Assembly (NCBI RefSeq): GCF_020745735.1
Contig: NC_083409.1
Span: 19,612,341-19,676,340, forward strand
Origin: Hemiscyllium ocellatum
Taxonomy: Eukaryota
Direction: 5' to 3'
Length of the DNA: 64,000 bases
A program made the position numbers and the translations under genes. The notes below the pieces were generated by a model. It searched no databases. It was not told the origin of the DNA and saw only the letters and a program-made list of their open reading frames with translations. Positions 1 through 11,165 of the stretch are shown here, in pieces. Each line of letters begins with the position of its first letter. Position 1 is the stretch's first letter.

Positions 1-329
1 CCTGCTCCTGCTCCTAGTTCTTATGGTCCTCCACCCTCTCCCCCATCCCTCTTACTGCAACTTTGTGAACATTCTTGGAATGTTTGGACATTGAAGGCGC
101 TATGTGAATTCAAGATTGGTGTGGATTCAATGTGGGGACAGAATTGTGCACGGGCTGTGATAGCTCCTGCGGTTGAATATCCTGCTGGCAGGCTTCCGCC
201 TTCCATATACAGAATGGGGAAGTGGGGGAGGTCGGAATGTACTGCCGGGGTACACGGCGCTGTCCTCTAGCAATGTGGTTGACTCTCTAGTGCCCTCTGA
301 AATGGCCGAGCAAGGCTCTCAGTTGTGTC

Positions 330-1610
330 AATTATGACAATGTTTCAACAAAGAAATGAGACCGGACGGGCCACAGGCATCGATCTAGACACCGAAAAGA
401 CAATGACAGAAACAGCCCTGTCTACCCTGTTCCATCCTCCTTACTGACATCTGGGAGCTAGTGCCAAATTCAGGAGAGCTGTCTTACAGATGACTCAAGC
501 AACAGCCTGACACAGTCATACTCACAGAACCATACATTACAGACAATGCCCCAGACACCACCATCACTGTCCCTGCATGTGTCCTGTCCCACTAGAAAGG
601 AAGACCCAACAGAGCTGATGACACAGTGGTCTACAGTCAGGAGGGAGTTGCCCTGGGAAGTCTCAAAGTTGGCTCTGGACCCTGTGAAGACTCATGAAAC
701 TAAGTTAAAAATGGGCGAGGAAACCTCCTGGTGATTACAAGATATCTTGCTCCCTTGGCTGATGAATCAGTCTCTCCTGGATGTTGAACAACATTTGGAG
801 GAAGCACTGAGGGTGATGACAGCAGAGAGTGTACTCTGGGTGGGGGGTTTCAATGTCCACCACTGAGAGTGGCTCGGCAGCAGCATTACTGATCGAGCTG
901 GTTGGTTCCTCATGGATGTAGCTGAGGGACTGGCTCTGCAGCTGGAACCAAAAAGATGGAAAAAGATGCTTGACCCCATCCTCACCAATCTTGTGGCTGT
1001 AGATGCATCTATCCTTGACAGTATTGGTAAGAGTGACCATCAACACAGTCCTTGTGGAAACAAAGTCTGACCTTCACATTGAGAATCCCCTCCATTGTGT
1101 TGTGTGGTACTACCACCGTACTAAATAGGACAGACTCCGAACAAATATTGCAACTCAAGGCAAACTCGTAAATGAGGATGATTGCCAAAGATTGCACAAT
1201 GTTCAGCACTATTCTCAACTCCTCAGATACTGAAGCAGTCCACGTGCAAATGCAACAATATCTAGACAATATCCAGGTTTTGTCTGAGAAGTGACATTTC
1301 CCATTGGTGCCATGCAAATGCCAGCCAATCACCATCACCAATAAGAGACAATCTTAACATCGCCCCTTGACAATCAATGCTATTACCATCACTGAATCCC
1401 TACTATCAACATTCTTGAGGTGCCATTGACCAGAAACACAACTGGATTCACCAAAGAAACACAGTGGTTACAAGAGCAAGTTAGAGGCTAGGAATACTGC
1501 ATCGAATAACTCCCCTCCTGATCCCCGCAAAGCCTGTCAACCAAGTCAGGAGTGTGAGCAAATACTCCCCACTTGCCTGGACAGGTGCAGCTGCAACAAC
1601 ATTCATAGAT
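330..1610 (+). mobile_element. Decayed non-LTR retrotransposon (L2/CR1 superclade) with APE endonuclease remnant and 3' ORF2 fragments
   Basis: Broken frames give APE motifs: VILTEPYI (~515), VGGFNVHH (~840, GDFN-like), LDPILTN (~970) and SDH (~1032). Related pieces recur at 2200-2430, 21780-22285, 38880-39280 and 47640-47940. Confidence 0.75.
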
Positions 1611-1950
1611 TGATAGTGTCACAGAGTCATACAGCACAGAAACAAACCCTTCAGCCAAACTTCTACATGCTGACCAGGTTTTCTGAAGTGAACTCATCTT
1701 ATTTGCCTGCATTTCACACATATCCCTTGAAACCTTTCCTATCTATGTCTATTGTATCCTATGTCTTTCTTATCGACTCAAAAAGCTTGATACCATCCAG
1801 AGCAAAGCAAACTCCTTGATTGTCATCACATTCTCAAAGTTTTCAAACTCACCGTCACTAATGCTCCATAGCAGCAGTGTGTATTATCGATAAGAAGCAC
1901 TGCAGAAATTCATCACTGATCTTCAGATAGCACCTTCCAAACCCATGGAC

Positions 1951-2105
1951 AAAAATAGAAAGTGCTGAAAAAGCTCAGCAGGTCAGGCAGCATCTGTGAA
2001 GAGAAATCAGAATTAACATTTCGGGTTGAGCATGAAATATTAACTCTGATTTCTCTTCACAGATGCTGCCAGACCTGCTGAGCTTTTTCAGCACTTTCTA
2101 TTTTT
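1951..2105. repeat. Near-perfect inverted repeat (about 65-bp arms, about 20-bp loop) made of Penelope-like terminal sequence
   Basis: aaaaatagaaagtgctgaaaaagctcagcaggtcaggcagcatctgtgaagagaaatcag is mirrored by ctgatttctcttcacagatgctgccagacctgctgagctttttcagcactttctattttt. The arm resembles the Penelope 3' ends at 42090-42140 and 60010-60050. Confidence 0.85.
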
Positions 2106-2199
2106 ATCTCGGATTTACAGCATCTGCAGTTCTTTTGGTTTCCCTCCAAACCCACGTTCACTTCCGTTTAGAACAAGAGCAGCAGATACATGGGAACAC

Positions 2200-2430
2200 T
2201 GTGAGCTGCAAGTTCCGCTCGAAAAAGCTTAGCATCCGGACTTGGAAATATGTCGCTGATCCCTCAGCCTTGCTGGGTTAAAATGCTGGCATTGTGGGTC
2301 AACTTACAGCTTGTGGACGACAACAATTCAAGATGGCAGCTTCCCACCACCTTCTCCAGGGCAACTAGGGACAGGGTAAAAAATGTTGGCCCAGCCGGTG
2401 AAGCCCACTTCCCACAAGTGAATATGCAAA
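2200..2430 (+). mobile_element. L2-like LINE 3' tail
   Basis: Matches the tail motif (ccaccaccttctc..gggcaa.tagggatggg) also seen at 35010-35050, 47640-47940 and 53040-53070. Confidence 0.65.
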
Positions 2431-2695
2431 ACCAAATGAAGTGTCCCTCAGGAAGGGAGAGGGAATGTTCAGGATCCTGAACTCCATTTCCCAGCCCAGG
2501 CAGTTTGTCTCCCAATGAATGAATGAGATGCCAATTTGAAGCCCAGGTTCAGGGCAGTCTCACTCTGTGGACATGAGGTCTATAAGAAGGAATTGGAGAT
2601 TGAGCTATAAAGGAAAGATTTGCTGGGTTACGGGGAGAGAGGGGGGAGCAGTGGGACTAACTGGATCATTCAAAGGCATGATGGGCTGAATGGCC

Positions 2696-3066
2696 TCCTC
2701 CTGTGCTGTCAGTTTCCAGGGAGTGCAGACAGTTCACAGTTTTCTCCCGTCTCAGTAACAAACGTCCAGCTGCTCTGAGCTCCTTCTTTCACTTCCTCTG
2801 TTGGTGAAGTTTCAACCTTGTGATCTGACAGCCTTTGCAGTTATTTTTTACACTGGGGCTTTCTGTTGTGGTCAGAATCTCTAATAATAAGTGCCCAATC
2901 AGTGACAATCACAGCAGCTAAGAGCTGTCAGGACTGAGGAGCCAGGCTCACTGGGAAACACATTGGGAAGATCAAAGCCATCCCCTTCAGCTCCTGGTAC
3001 AAGCTCCATCCCTCTCCCTGAGCACTGTCTGCTGCTCAACCAGACTCTTTACAACTTTGGCCTCAT
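2696..3066. repeat. Segmental duplication, copy 1; inverted partner at 21240-21610
   Basis: The reverse complement of 21240-21610 aligns with few mismatches, across both unique sequence and an adjoining L2 fragment. Confidence 0.9.
2767..2890 (-). promoter_or_regulatory. Candidate B-cell enhancer module, copy 1: E-box CAGCTG (2767-2772), Ets-IRF composite GAGGAAGTGAAA (minus strand, 2787-2798), MEF2-type CTAATAATAA (2881-2890)
   Basis: Motifs read directly from the sequence; all three are conserved in the second copy. Function is inferred. Confidence 0.45.
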
Positions 3067-3654
3067 CTTTGGGGCTGATTTGAGGCCCACATCCTCCACA
3101 TCACAATTATCAGCCACTGAAAATCTCAACCATGTTTTTGTGACCATTCCAATATTATCTAGGCCCACATCACAGCCACTGCCTTCCGTAAACATCAGCT
3201 CATCCCAAACTCTGCTGTCTATGTTCAAACTCACTCCAAGTCCACTCCATACCCCTGCCCACACCTCCCCATCACACCATAACCACCACAATCCTCACTG
3301 ACTGACATAAGCTCCTGGTCCAGGAGCACCTCGATTTTCAAATCTCATCCTTGTTCTCAATCTGCTCCCTGTTCTTCCACCCTCCCTATCTCTGTGACCT
3401 CCTCCAAGCTGCCTCACTCAGTGTGATCAATAATCTTGGATATATGGCTCTCTGTTTCTTCATCCAAATCATTGAGAATTATCGTGAAAAGCTGAGGTCC
3501 CAGCACAGATCCCTGGGAATACCACTACTCACATCTGGCTCAATGGAACACACACACGTTATCCTTCCTCTCTGTCTCCTAGACAGACCCATTCCTGACC
3601 CAAGGTAAATGCATTTCTCAAATTCCATCTAATTCCATGATTTGGAGATGCCAG

Positions 3655-3770
3655 TGTTGGACTGTCGTGTAAATGTTAAAAATCACAGAACACCAGGTTC
3701 TAATGCAACAGGTTTGTTTGGAAGCATTAGCGTTTGGAGCGCTGCTCCTTCATCAGATGGTTGTGGAGTG
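3655..3770 (-). mobile_element. Short Penelope-like terminal repeat with a decayed hammerhead motif
   Basis: Minus strand reads cat-CTGATGA-A-GGAGC-agc-GCTCC-aaac-gcta-atg. The same repeat family occurs at 34425-34600, 51618-51695 and 54910-54990. Confidence 0.6.
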
Positions 3771-4194
3771 TAAGATCTGAATCAATGTTTCTTTTGTGGA
3801 ACATTCTTAAATGTCTTTTGGAATTCCCTATAGACAATAGCCATCGACATTCCTTATATCCCACACTAGTGATCTCCTAAGAAAGTGTAACCCGGTTAGT
3901 TAAGATGTCTGAACCTTTGTCAATCCATGCTGATTCTCTCAGACCAGTTCATATTTGTCCGTTATTCTGTCTCTAAAAACAGACTCAATCACTTCCTGAC
4001 AACAGACATTCAATGGAGATGTTCATTGTAATTGAGGCTCGTAAACAGCTAGCACTGACACGAGGGGCTGAACAGCCTCCTCCTGTGCTGGCACCTTCTC
4101 TGTCTCCTGGACGGAAATATTTTACAGATTAAAAACTAAAGACCAGCAGCAAATTTTAAAATATAAATTAAAAACTCCTCAAATAATTTCCACA

Positions 4195-4520
4195 TACAGG
4201 GCCAGGCGATGTGTAGTAATTGTACGATGGGGAAGCTGGTGGAGCCCATTGTAGCTCAGAGTGACCACATCTACAGCAAGTGTTGGTTGCTCAAAGCACT
4301 CCAGCTCAGAGTTGATGAGCTGGAATCTGAGCTTCAAACACTGTGACACATCAGGGAGGGGGAGAGTTACCTGGACATTGTGTTTGGGGAGACAGTCACA
4401 CCTTGTAGGTTAAATACTTCAAATTATGGCCAGTGGTCAGGAACAGGCGGGTGTGACCAAAGATAAACAGGTCAATGCAGCCTGGACAGCCTTACAGGTG
4501 CCTCAGCTCCTTGTCCAACA
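4195..4520 (+). mobile_element. CR1 LINE ORF1 N-terminal fragment
   Basis: Translates as MCSNC...CWLLKALQLRVDELESELQTL (Cys motif plus coiled coil), homologous to the minus-strand ORF at 29182-29508. Confidence 0.65.
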
Positions 4521-4689
4521 GGAATGAGATACTTGCTCCCTGTGTCAATGAGGAAAAGGATTGTCGGGAGAATGGGCAAATGTAGTTTGAGGATTTTGGT
4601 GATAGTGACCATAACTCTGGAAATTTCAAAGTCATTATATAAAAAGATCAAGATAGAGCAGAAATTATAATGTCTAAACTGGGGAAAAA

Positions 4690-4845
4690 GTAGGGATGTG
4701 TAGGTTAGGTGCATTAGCCATGGGAGATGCTGATTTACAGGGATAAGGTAGGGAGACAAGTCTGGGTGGGATGCTCTTCAGAATGTTGGTGTGGACTCAT
4801 TGGTCTGAATGGCCTGTTTCACACTGTATGGATTCTATGATTCGA
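4690..4845 (+). mobile_element. HE1-type SINE, 3' part
   Basis: Similar to the 3' half of the SINE at 14947-15246. Confidence 0.6.
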
Positions 4846-5149
4846 TGACTCCTACGGGCAGTCATTGCTGGCTTGGCCAGAGATGTCCATTTCCTATGAA
4901 TGAACGAAGGAAACCACTGAACCATGGTCCAGGAGGCCACTCAGACTGGGGGAGCACAAAGAAAAGAGGGGTCTTGATAATGAGGAAACTGATAGCATCC
5001 TTTATGAGCAGGATTGAGAGCCCCACATGGTGTGTTGCCTGTCTGGTTTCAAGGTAAGTGCATCTCGAGCCGGCTTTTAAATATAACAGACTTGGGGGGC
5101 GGGGAGGTGGGAGGAGGTGGGGTGCGGGGTTGAGGATCCAGTTGTTGTT

Positions 5150-7545
5150 GTATGTGTTGGGACCAACAACATCAGCAAAAATCGGCAAAAGCTCCTATTT
5201 GGACAATATCAGGAAAGCTATCAGAAGGATATTGATTAGACAGATGGAGAGAAATAAGAAAGAGGTGAAGACAGCATCAGTGCTGAGGAACAGATTCCAG
5301 TGAATGGACCAAATAAGAGTTCTATATACGAATGCACTGAGTGTAAGGAATAAATACAATAATCTGCAGGAACAAATTCAAATTAAGGATTGTGGTATCG
5401 GATCAATTACTGAGCCATATTTGCAGAATCATTCAGATTGGGAACGATATCTATCGGGTTAGAAGGTTCACAGGATGGATATAGGGAAATGGCAGAAGAG
5501 GTGGAGCAGCTTTATTGATGAGGGAAAAAATGGCTTCAATGGTGAGGGAGGTCATAATGAGGAGAAAACACTCAGTGGGACTGAGGAGCAGGAAAGGATC
5601 GAAAACTGTAGTAGATGTTGGATACAGACCCCCCTGACAGCAGCTCTGAGGTGCTGGATTATATAAATGGAGGAATTAGACAAGTGTGTAGCAAAGCCAG
5701 TGTATGATTAATGGTGAAGTTTAACTTTAACTGAGATTGGGAGACAGACAAGCCCTCTGTCAGAAAGGTAGTGAATTGCTGCTGTGTGTCCAGAATAGTT
5801 TCCAACAGCAATAGGTCCTGGATACAACAAGGGTACAAGCAATATTGGAATTAGTAATGAATAATGAGCCAGATTTAGTTCGTAACTACTTGTGCATGAA
5901 TATTTATCAAATAGTGATCATAACATGATCTAGTTCAGTGTCGCATTTGAAAGTAAAAAGCATGAATCAGCTGCTAGAATTTGAGTTTAAGGTAAGGCCG
6001 ACTTTAACGAGATGAGACAGAGACTGTCCACAGTAAACTGGGAAAATCTGCTCATGGGTAAAACAACTGAACAACATTGGGGAATATTTAAAGGAACATT
6101 CAACACAAAGCAAAGCCAGTTTATACCTGAGAGGGAAAAGCGAACAAACAACAATGGTCAATTAGAGAGATAAGGGAAAGAATAAAATGTTTAAAAAAAA
6201 AGGCATACAGAAAAGCAAAAAATAAGGACAGATTCCGCTGAATGGGAAGGATACAAAAGGGCCACATATCAGCTTCTAAGAGCTACCAAAGGTGATTCTG
6301 AAAGGAACCATGTAAGGGATAACAAAATCAATAAGGAGAAATGTTACAGTTCCATAAAAGGGAAGCTGGGAGGTCAGTAGCAATGTTGGCCATTAAAGAC
6401 TGAAAGTGACAATGGGAAAATGACAGACATGTTAAATAAATACTTTACCTCAAGATTTGCAGTAGAAAAGGAAGAGGACTTGCCTGAAGTCCCAAAGGAA
6501 TTAACAGAGGATCTGTGTCAGGGACTGATGAGATTCCCTGCAGTGTGCAAACATGCCTTTTGGCCCAACCAGTCCACACCGACCCCTCCGAAGTGTAACC
6601 CATCCAGGCCCATTTTCCCTCTGACTAATGCACCTAACACTATGGGCAATTTAGTATGGCCAATTCACCTGACCTGCACATCTTTGGATAGTAGGAGGAA
6701 ACCCGTGCAGACAATGTGCAAACTCCACACAGGCAGTTACCCAAGGCTGGAATTGAACCTGGGACTCTGGTGCTGTGAGGCAGCAGTGCTAACCACTGTG
6801 TCATCTGAATGAAGTTAATGTTAATATAACATGTGTAATAAGGAAAATAATGGAACTAAAGAGTGACAAATCCTCAGGACCTGAGGGTGATAAAGTAGAA
6901 ATAGACCACATTGCAGACGCCCTGACTATAATCTTTCAGAGTTACCTGGATTCAGGAGTCATACCTCTGAATTGGAAAATTGCAAATTTCACTTCACATT
7001 TAACAAGGATGTTAGAGAAAAGCCAGGGAATTACAGGTCACTGAGCCAGCGTTTGTGGTGTGGAAATTGTTGTAGTCTATAATCAAGGATGGGGGTAACT
7101 GAAGACCTTGAAAATGGTCAGTTAATCAGGGAGAATCAGCATGGATTCATGACAAGTTGGTCATGGTGAAAAAAACTCATTGAACATTTTTGAAGAGGAA
7201 ACAAAATTACTGGACACAGTAATGTCAATGGATGTTGTTTATAGGGACTTCCAGAAGGCATTTGATAAAATCCCATGTAAGAAACTGTCAACTCAGTTAG
7301 AAATCCACAGAATTGAGGCTAAAATACTGCCATAGCAAAATTTGTTGAGTGACAGGTGACAGAAAATAGGGATCATGGATAAGTGCTGAAATCAGCAGGA
7401 TGTGACCAGTGGTGTCCAATAGGAATGTGTGCGCACACCTCAATTATTTACATTATTTATTAATGCATTGGATAAAGGCATAGAAAGTATGATACTCTAG
7501 TTTGCTAATGACACAAAGTTAGGCAGCTTTGTAGGTAGTGTTCAT
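5150..7545 (+). mobile_element. Decayed CR1 LINE (ORF1 end, endonuclease, reverse transcriptase), interrupted by a SINE
   Basis: RT remnants include LKSDKSSGP, IIFQSYLDSGVIPLNWKIAN, MDVVYRDFQKAFDKIPC and FANDTKLG. Many stops and frameshifts. Confidence 0.85.
6540..6805 (-). mobile_element. HE1-type tRNA-derived SINE inserted in CR1
   Basis: The reverse complement carries the tRNA-like head (gtggttagcactgctgcctcacagc...ggttcaattcc) shared with 14947-15246. Confidence 0.85.
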
Positions 7546-7737
7546 AGAGTCAGAGAGTCAACATTCATCCAGTGCAATCTTTAACAGAGTATAATTTATC
7601 TTTGACATACAACTCCCTGACTCCATCTCTCTCTCTCACACTCTCTCTCCACACCCCTCTCTAACTCAGCTGCACAGATCTCAGTCTGAGTTCCATCCTT
7701 CTTTCTCTGTCCAAGCTCTATCCCCCTCTCTTTTAGT

Positions 7738-7738
<1 letters not shown>

Positions 7739-7775
<37 letters not shown>
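7739..7775. repeat. (CT)n microsatellite
   Basis: Uninterrupted ct repeat. Confidence 0.95.
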
Positions 7776-7777
<2 letters not shown>

Positions 7778-8329
7778 CCTGTGCTCCATCTCTTGCTCTC
7801 TAAGCTGTATCCCTCCCTCCATTTCAGCTGCTGGGAGTTCGATCTGAGCCAATGCCAGTGAATCCCATGGAGAATAATGACGGGATATTTGGAGTGTGAG
7901 TTTGATGATGTAAATGTGAACCATTGCAGCAAAGACATTACAGATGGTTTGTACGACAGCAAAGCCCAAACCAGAGCATTGTGTCAATCAACACAGAACT
8001 TAAAAAAGCTTCAATAAAAACAATTATTAATGTGACTCTCAGAGGTATCATTATTCTAGTTACAAATGGCTATTTCTCAGTGAAGGTCCATCCTGCTGAA
8101 TATTAGATACAGCTGGGCTTTGAAGAAATATTGGGCAGATGGAGTGTAATGTGGGGGAGTGTGACCTTGTTCACTTTCACAATAATCATTCAAATGTGCC
8201 TGGAGAGTTGTTAGGTCCACACAGCAAAACTTGCCATTGGGTATAATCCATTAAGTGTGATAAATACAGAAACTCGCTTAGTTCTAGTTGTCAGTGAGTT
8301 CTTGTCAACATTCTTTTAACAAATCAATT

Positions 8330-11165
8330 TTATACAAGAATGATATACAACAAACCCTCTCTATACAACCTTCTCAGCTGGGAATAGGGAATGAATCTGG
8401 TTTTGTGACGAGACCACATTCCTCGAGTCTACACAGAATTAAATTGAACAGTTTGGTTCAGGAGCCAATACTACAGGAGAACGCCAATTACTCTGATATG
8501 GTTCAATCAGCTGATTCTCCAACATGGAAGCCCTCTGTTCCATCGCCGGTTTCGGTTGGTTTTTGTTTTATTTTGTCTGAATTACCAAATTCATGTTATA
8601 TTTGATTCATGTGGTAGATCTAAGTGTATCAATACAAGTCCACAAGATAAAGGAGCAGAATTGGGCCATTTGGCCCATCATGTCTGATCATTTACAGTTG
8701 ATAATGTTTCTCAGCTCCAATCTCTTCCCTTTTCCCTGTAAATCTTGATCCCTTGACCAATCAAGAGCCAATCTATCTCTTTGTTAAATACACTCAATGA
8801 ATTGGCCTCCAAGGCCATCTGCAGTTCCACAGATTAATGACAATCTGGCTGAAGAAATTCCTTCTCAACCCAATTCGAAAGATCGTCTCTTCACTCTGAG
8901 TCTGTGCCCTCGGGTCTCCTACTCTCCAATTATTAGAAACATCTCCTCCATGTCCACTCTATCCAGGCCACCCTGTATTCTGTAAGTTTCAATGACATTC
9001 CCTCTCATCTTTCTAAACTCCATCAAGTACAGAACCAAAGTCCTCAAAGACTCCTCATACAAACACCTTTGTATTGTCTGAGCAGCCTCACTAAATCTAC
9101 CTGTTGATCTTTCTCCAGATTCAAAAATACAGCGTCTGAAGTCTCAAATATCTCTGAATTTGTTCATGTAATAACAGGAAGTTACTTTGGGAAGTGTCCA
9201 GGTCTTTTTTGATCTCAAGCTTTTTCTGATCCCCTCCTCTATTATACTCTCTACTTGACAAACCTGTACATGATGGGATGGTTCCTCAAAAACTGGGAGA
9301 GGAATTAAGGATGCTGGTTTTGTATTGAGGTTTACCTATAACTTGACAAGTAAGACACGCTTTATAAAACTGCACCACATCTTTAACCAATTGTGGCTCA
9401 GTAAAGTACCTGTTTCTGGATGCCTGTGTTTTCCAAATCCCCCTGTGAACTGCCATGGGAGTCTCATGTGCCCCTTGTACTATCTCCCTATGATAGCTGG
9501 GTGGGACCACTAGGCAATGTCTAACCGACCATTCTTCATCTGGGGGTCTATGAGGGGGTCTCCACTTCCTCATCAGCGCTCCATTCTGAACACAATAACA
9601 CTCTGAAATTCCTTCGGCCTCGACCTCAGTATGAGCTGACTGTGCTCATTTATTTCATTCAGGATCTGCTTTTTGGATCTGCTGCAATTAATGACATCAT
9701 ACCAACCACTCCACCTGGATTATCTTCACCCTTTCGGAAAGTTTCAGCGATCCTTTCACTTGCTGTGGTGTCACATCAACCCTTATTGATGGATTTTGTT
9801 TAACCATTGCCCTGGTTACCTCACACGAAGGAGAGAGACCAGGAACCTGTTCCTGTCATTGTTCTGTTTCTTGGCCCTCCTTTGGACATTCTGTAATTAT
9901 CGGGGAAGCTACTGCCTTTAGTCCTGACAAACCATTCCCCAGAAGGAAATCGACTCCTTCAACAGGGAATGTTTTCCCATTCCAACAATTACTTCTCCTG
10001 ATAACAAATCACATTCCAGTTGTACTGTATACAATGGAAGTGGAATATATTTTCCACCAATCCCATTGATTAATACCTTAGCTACCATTGAGCTCTCTGG
10101 AGGGAAAATCAACTCTTTCACCAGTAAAAGGGACTGTGTTGCTCCTGTATCTCTCAGTTTGGTTCTGGGTTTAGCTGAAGAAAAAGGCGTCACCATTCCT
10201 TTTGATAAAAGTCCTGTCCACCTCTCATCTACCTGACAACCTCCTTTACTAATGACAGAATTCACCTCCAGCCTTTTTGTTATAGTTACAGCTACAACCT
10301 GCTCTGTGGGATTATCTGTTTGGGTTGCCCTCTCTGACTCATTTTTACGAACTCCCATAAATCCCATGGGTTTACCTCACAACTTCTAACATTCCAAACA
10401 TACATGGCCCACCTTATTCCAAGAGAAAAATTTCAGCTTCTGATCATCACTTCCACCCTCACCAATTTCCTTCTTCATCTGAGGAGGAGTTCTTGGGCTG
10501 TTCCCTCCTGTCCATTCTCTCCCCTGGCTATCTACCTTCCTTAGACTCTCCCAATTTTTATTTTTCTCCCATTTCTGGGCCTGATGGGAAAAAGGTTTCT
10601 GGATCGGTCTCCCATCAGGTGACTTCCCCACCTCCTGATGCTGCTTGGCTTGTTGTGCTCTTCCTGCCTCCTGTTTGTCTACTTTGGATTCCAGCATCTG
10701 CAGGGTTTTGGTTTTAACAAAGTCTACAATCATTAGCCATTATAGCTGCTTGTCTTACTGTCGTTCCCCTTTGGTCATCTACATGAATTCTGATTCTAGA
10801 AGGGAAGGAAGTTCTTCTCAAAGGATAACTTCTCTGAGAGCATTGTAAGTATTCTCAGCTGTTAATGCCCTTATCCACCTGTCAACATTATTTTGTTAAA
10901 CTCTCTTAAACTCAGTAGAGATTTTTCCAGGCTGTTGTGTAAGTTCTGAAACATCTCTCTGTAATGTTTCTGGAGCCAACTCATATGTGCTTAGAATAGA
11001 CATTTTCACCTCCTCATGATTCCGAAAATATTCCTCTGACAGGGATGTAGAAACCTCTTGTGCTTCCCAAGTTCATTTTTGCATGGGCAAGGTCCAACCT
11101 GTTTTTCCCACCTCCCTGATGTTGCTATCTTCTGAAACAACATGAAAAATGCTTCCATATCCTTC
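8330..11165 (-). mobile_element. Decayed Gypsy LTR retrotransposon, Gmr1-type order: gag, protease, integrase, RT
   Basis: Gag remnant at ~10730-11160 (ILSTYELAPE, DRWIRAL). Degenerate zinc knuckle (KVGHVCLEC). Protease LRDTGATQSL (ORF 9918-10367). Integrase zinc-binding region AHETPMAVHRG...KACLTCQVIGKP (ORF 9286-9573). RT start MLENQLIEPYQSNWRSPVVLAPEP..FCVDSR at 8525 downward. Confidence 0.8.
8630..9060 (-). mobile_element. CR1 3' fragment inserted into the Gypsy remnant
   Basis: Same CR1 3' sequence as 30060-30480 (tcagaattcccttctc.../ctgaggctgtgccctc type motifs). Confidence 0.75.

Noticed and set aside
7681-7962. Minus-strand ORF with KYPVIILHGI, resembling an alpha/beta-hydrolase motif
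   Set aside because: Non-ATG start, no convincing splice sites, the frame runs into a microsatellite, and no other hydrolase exons were found.
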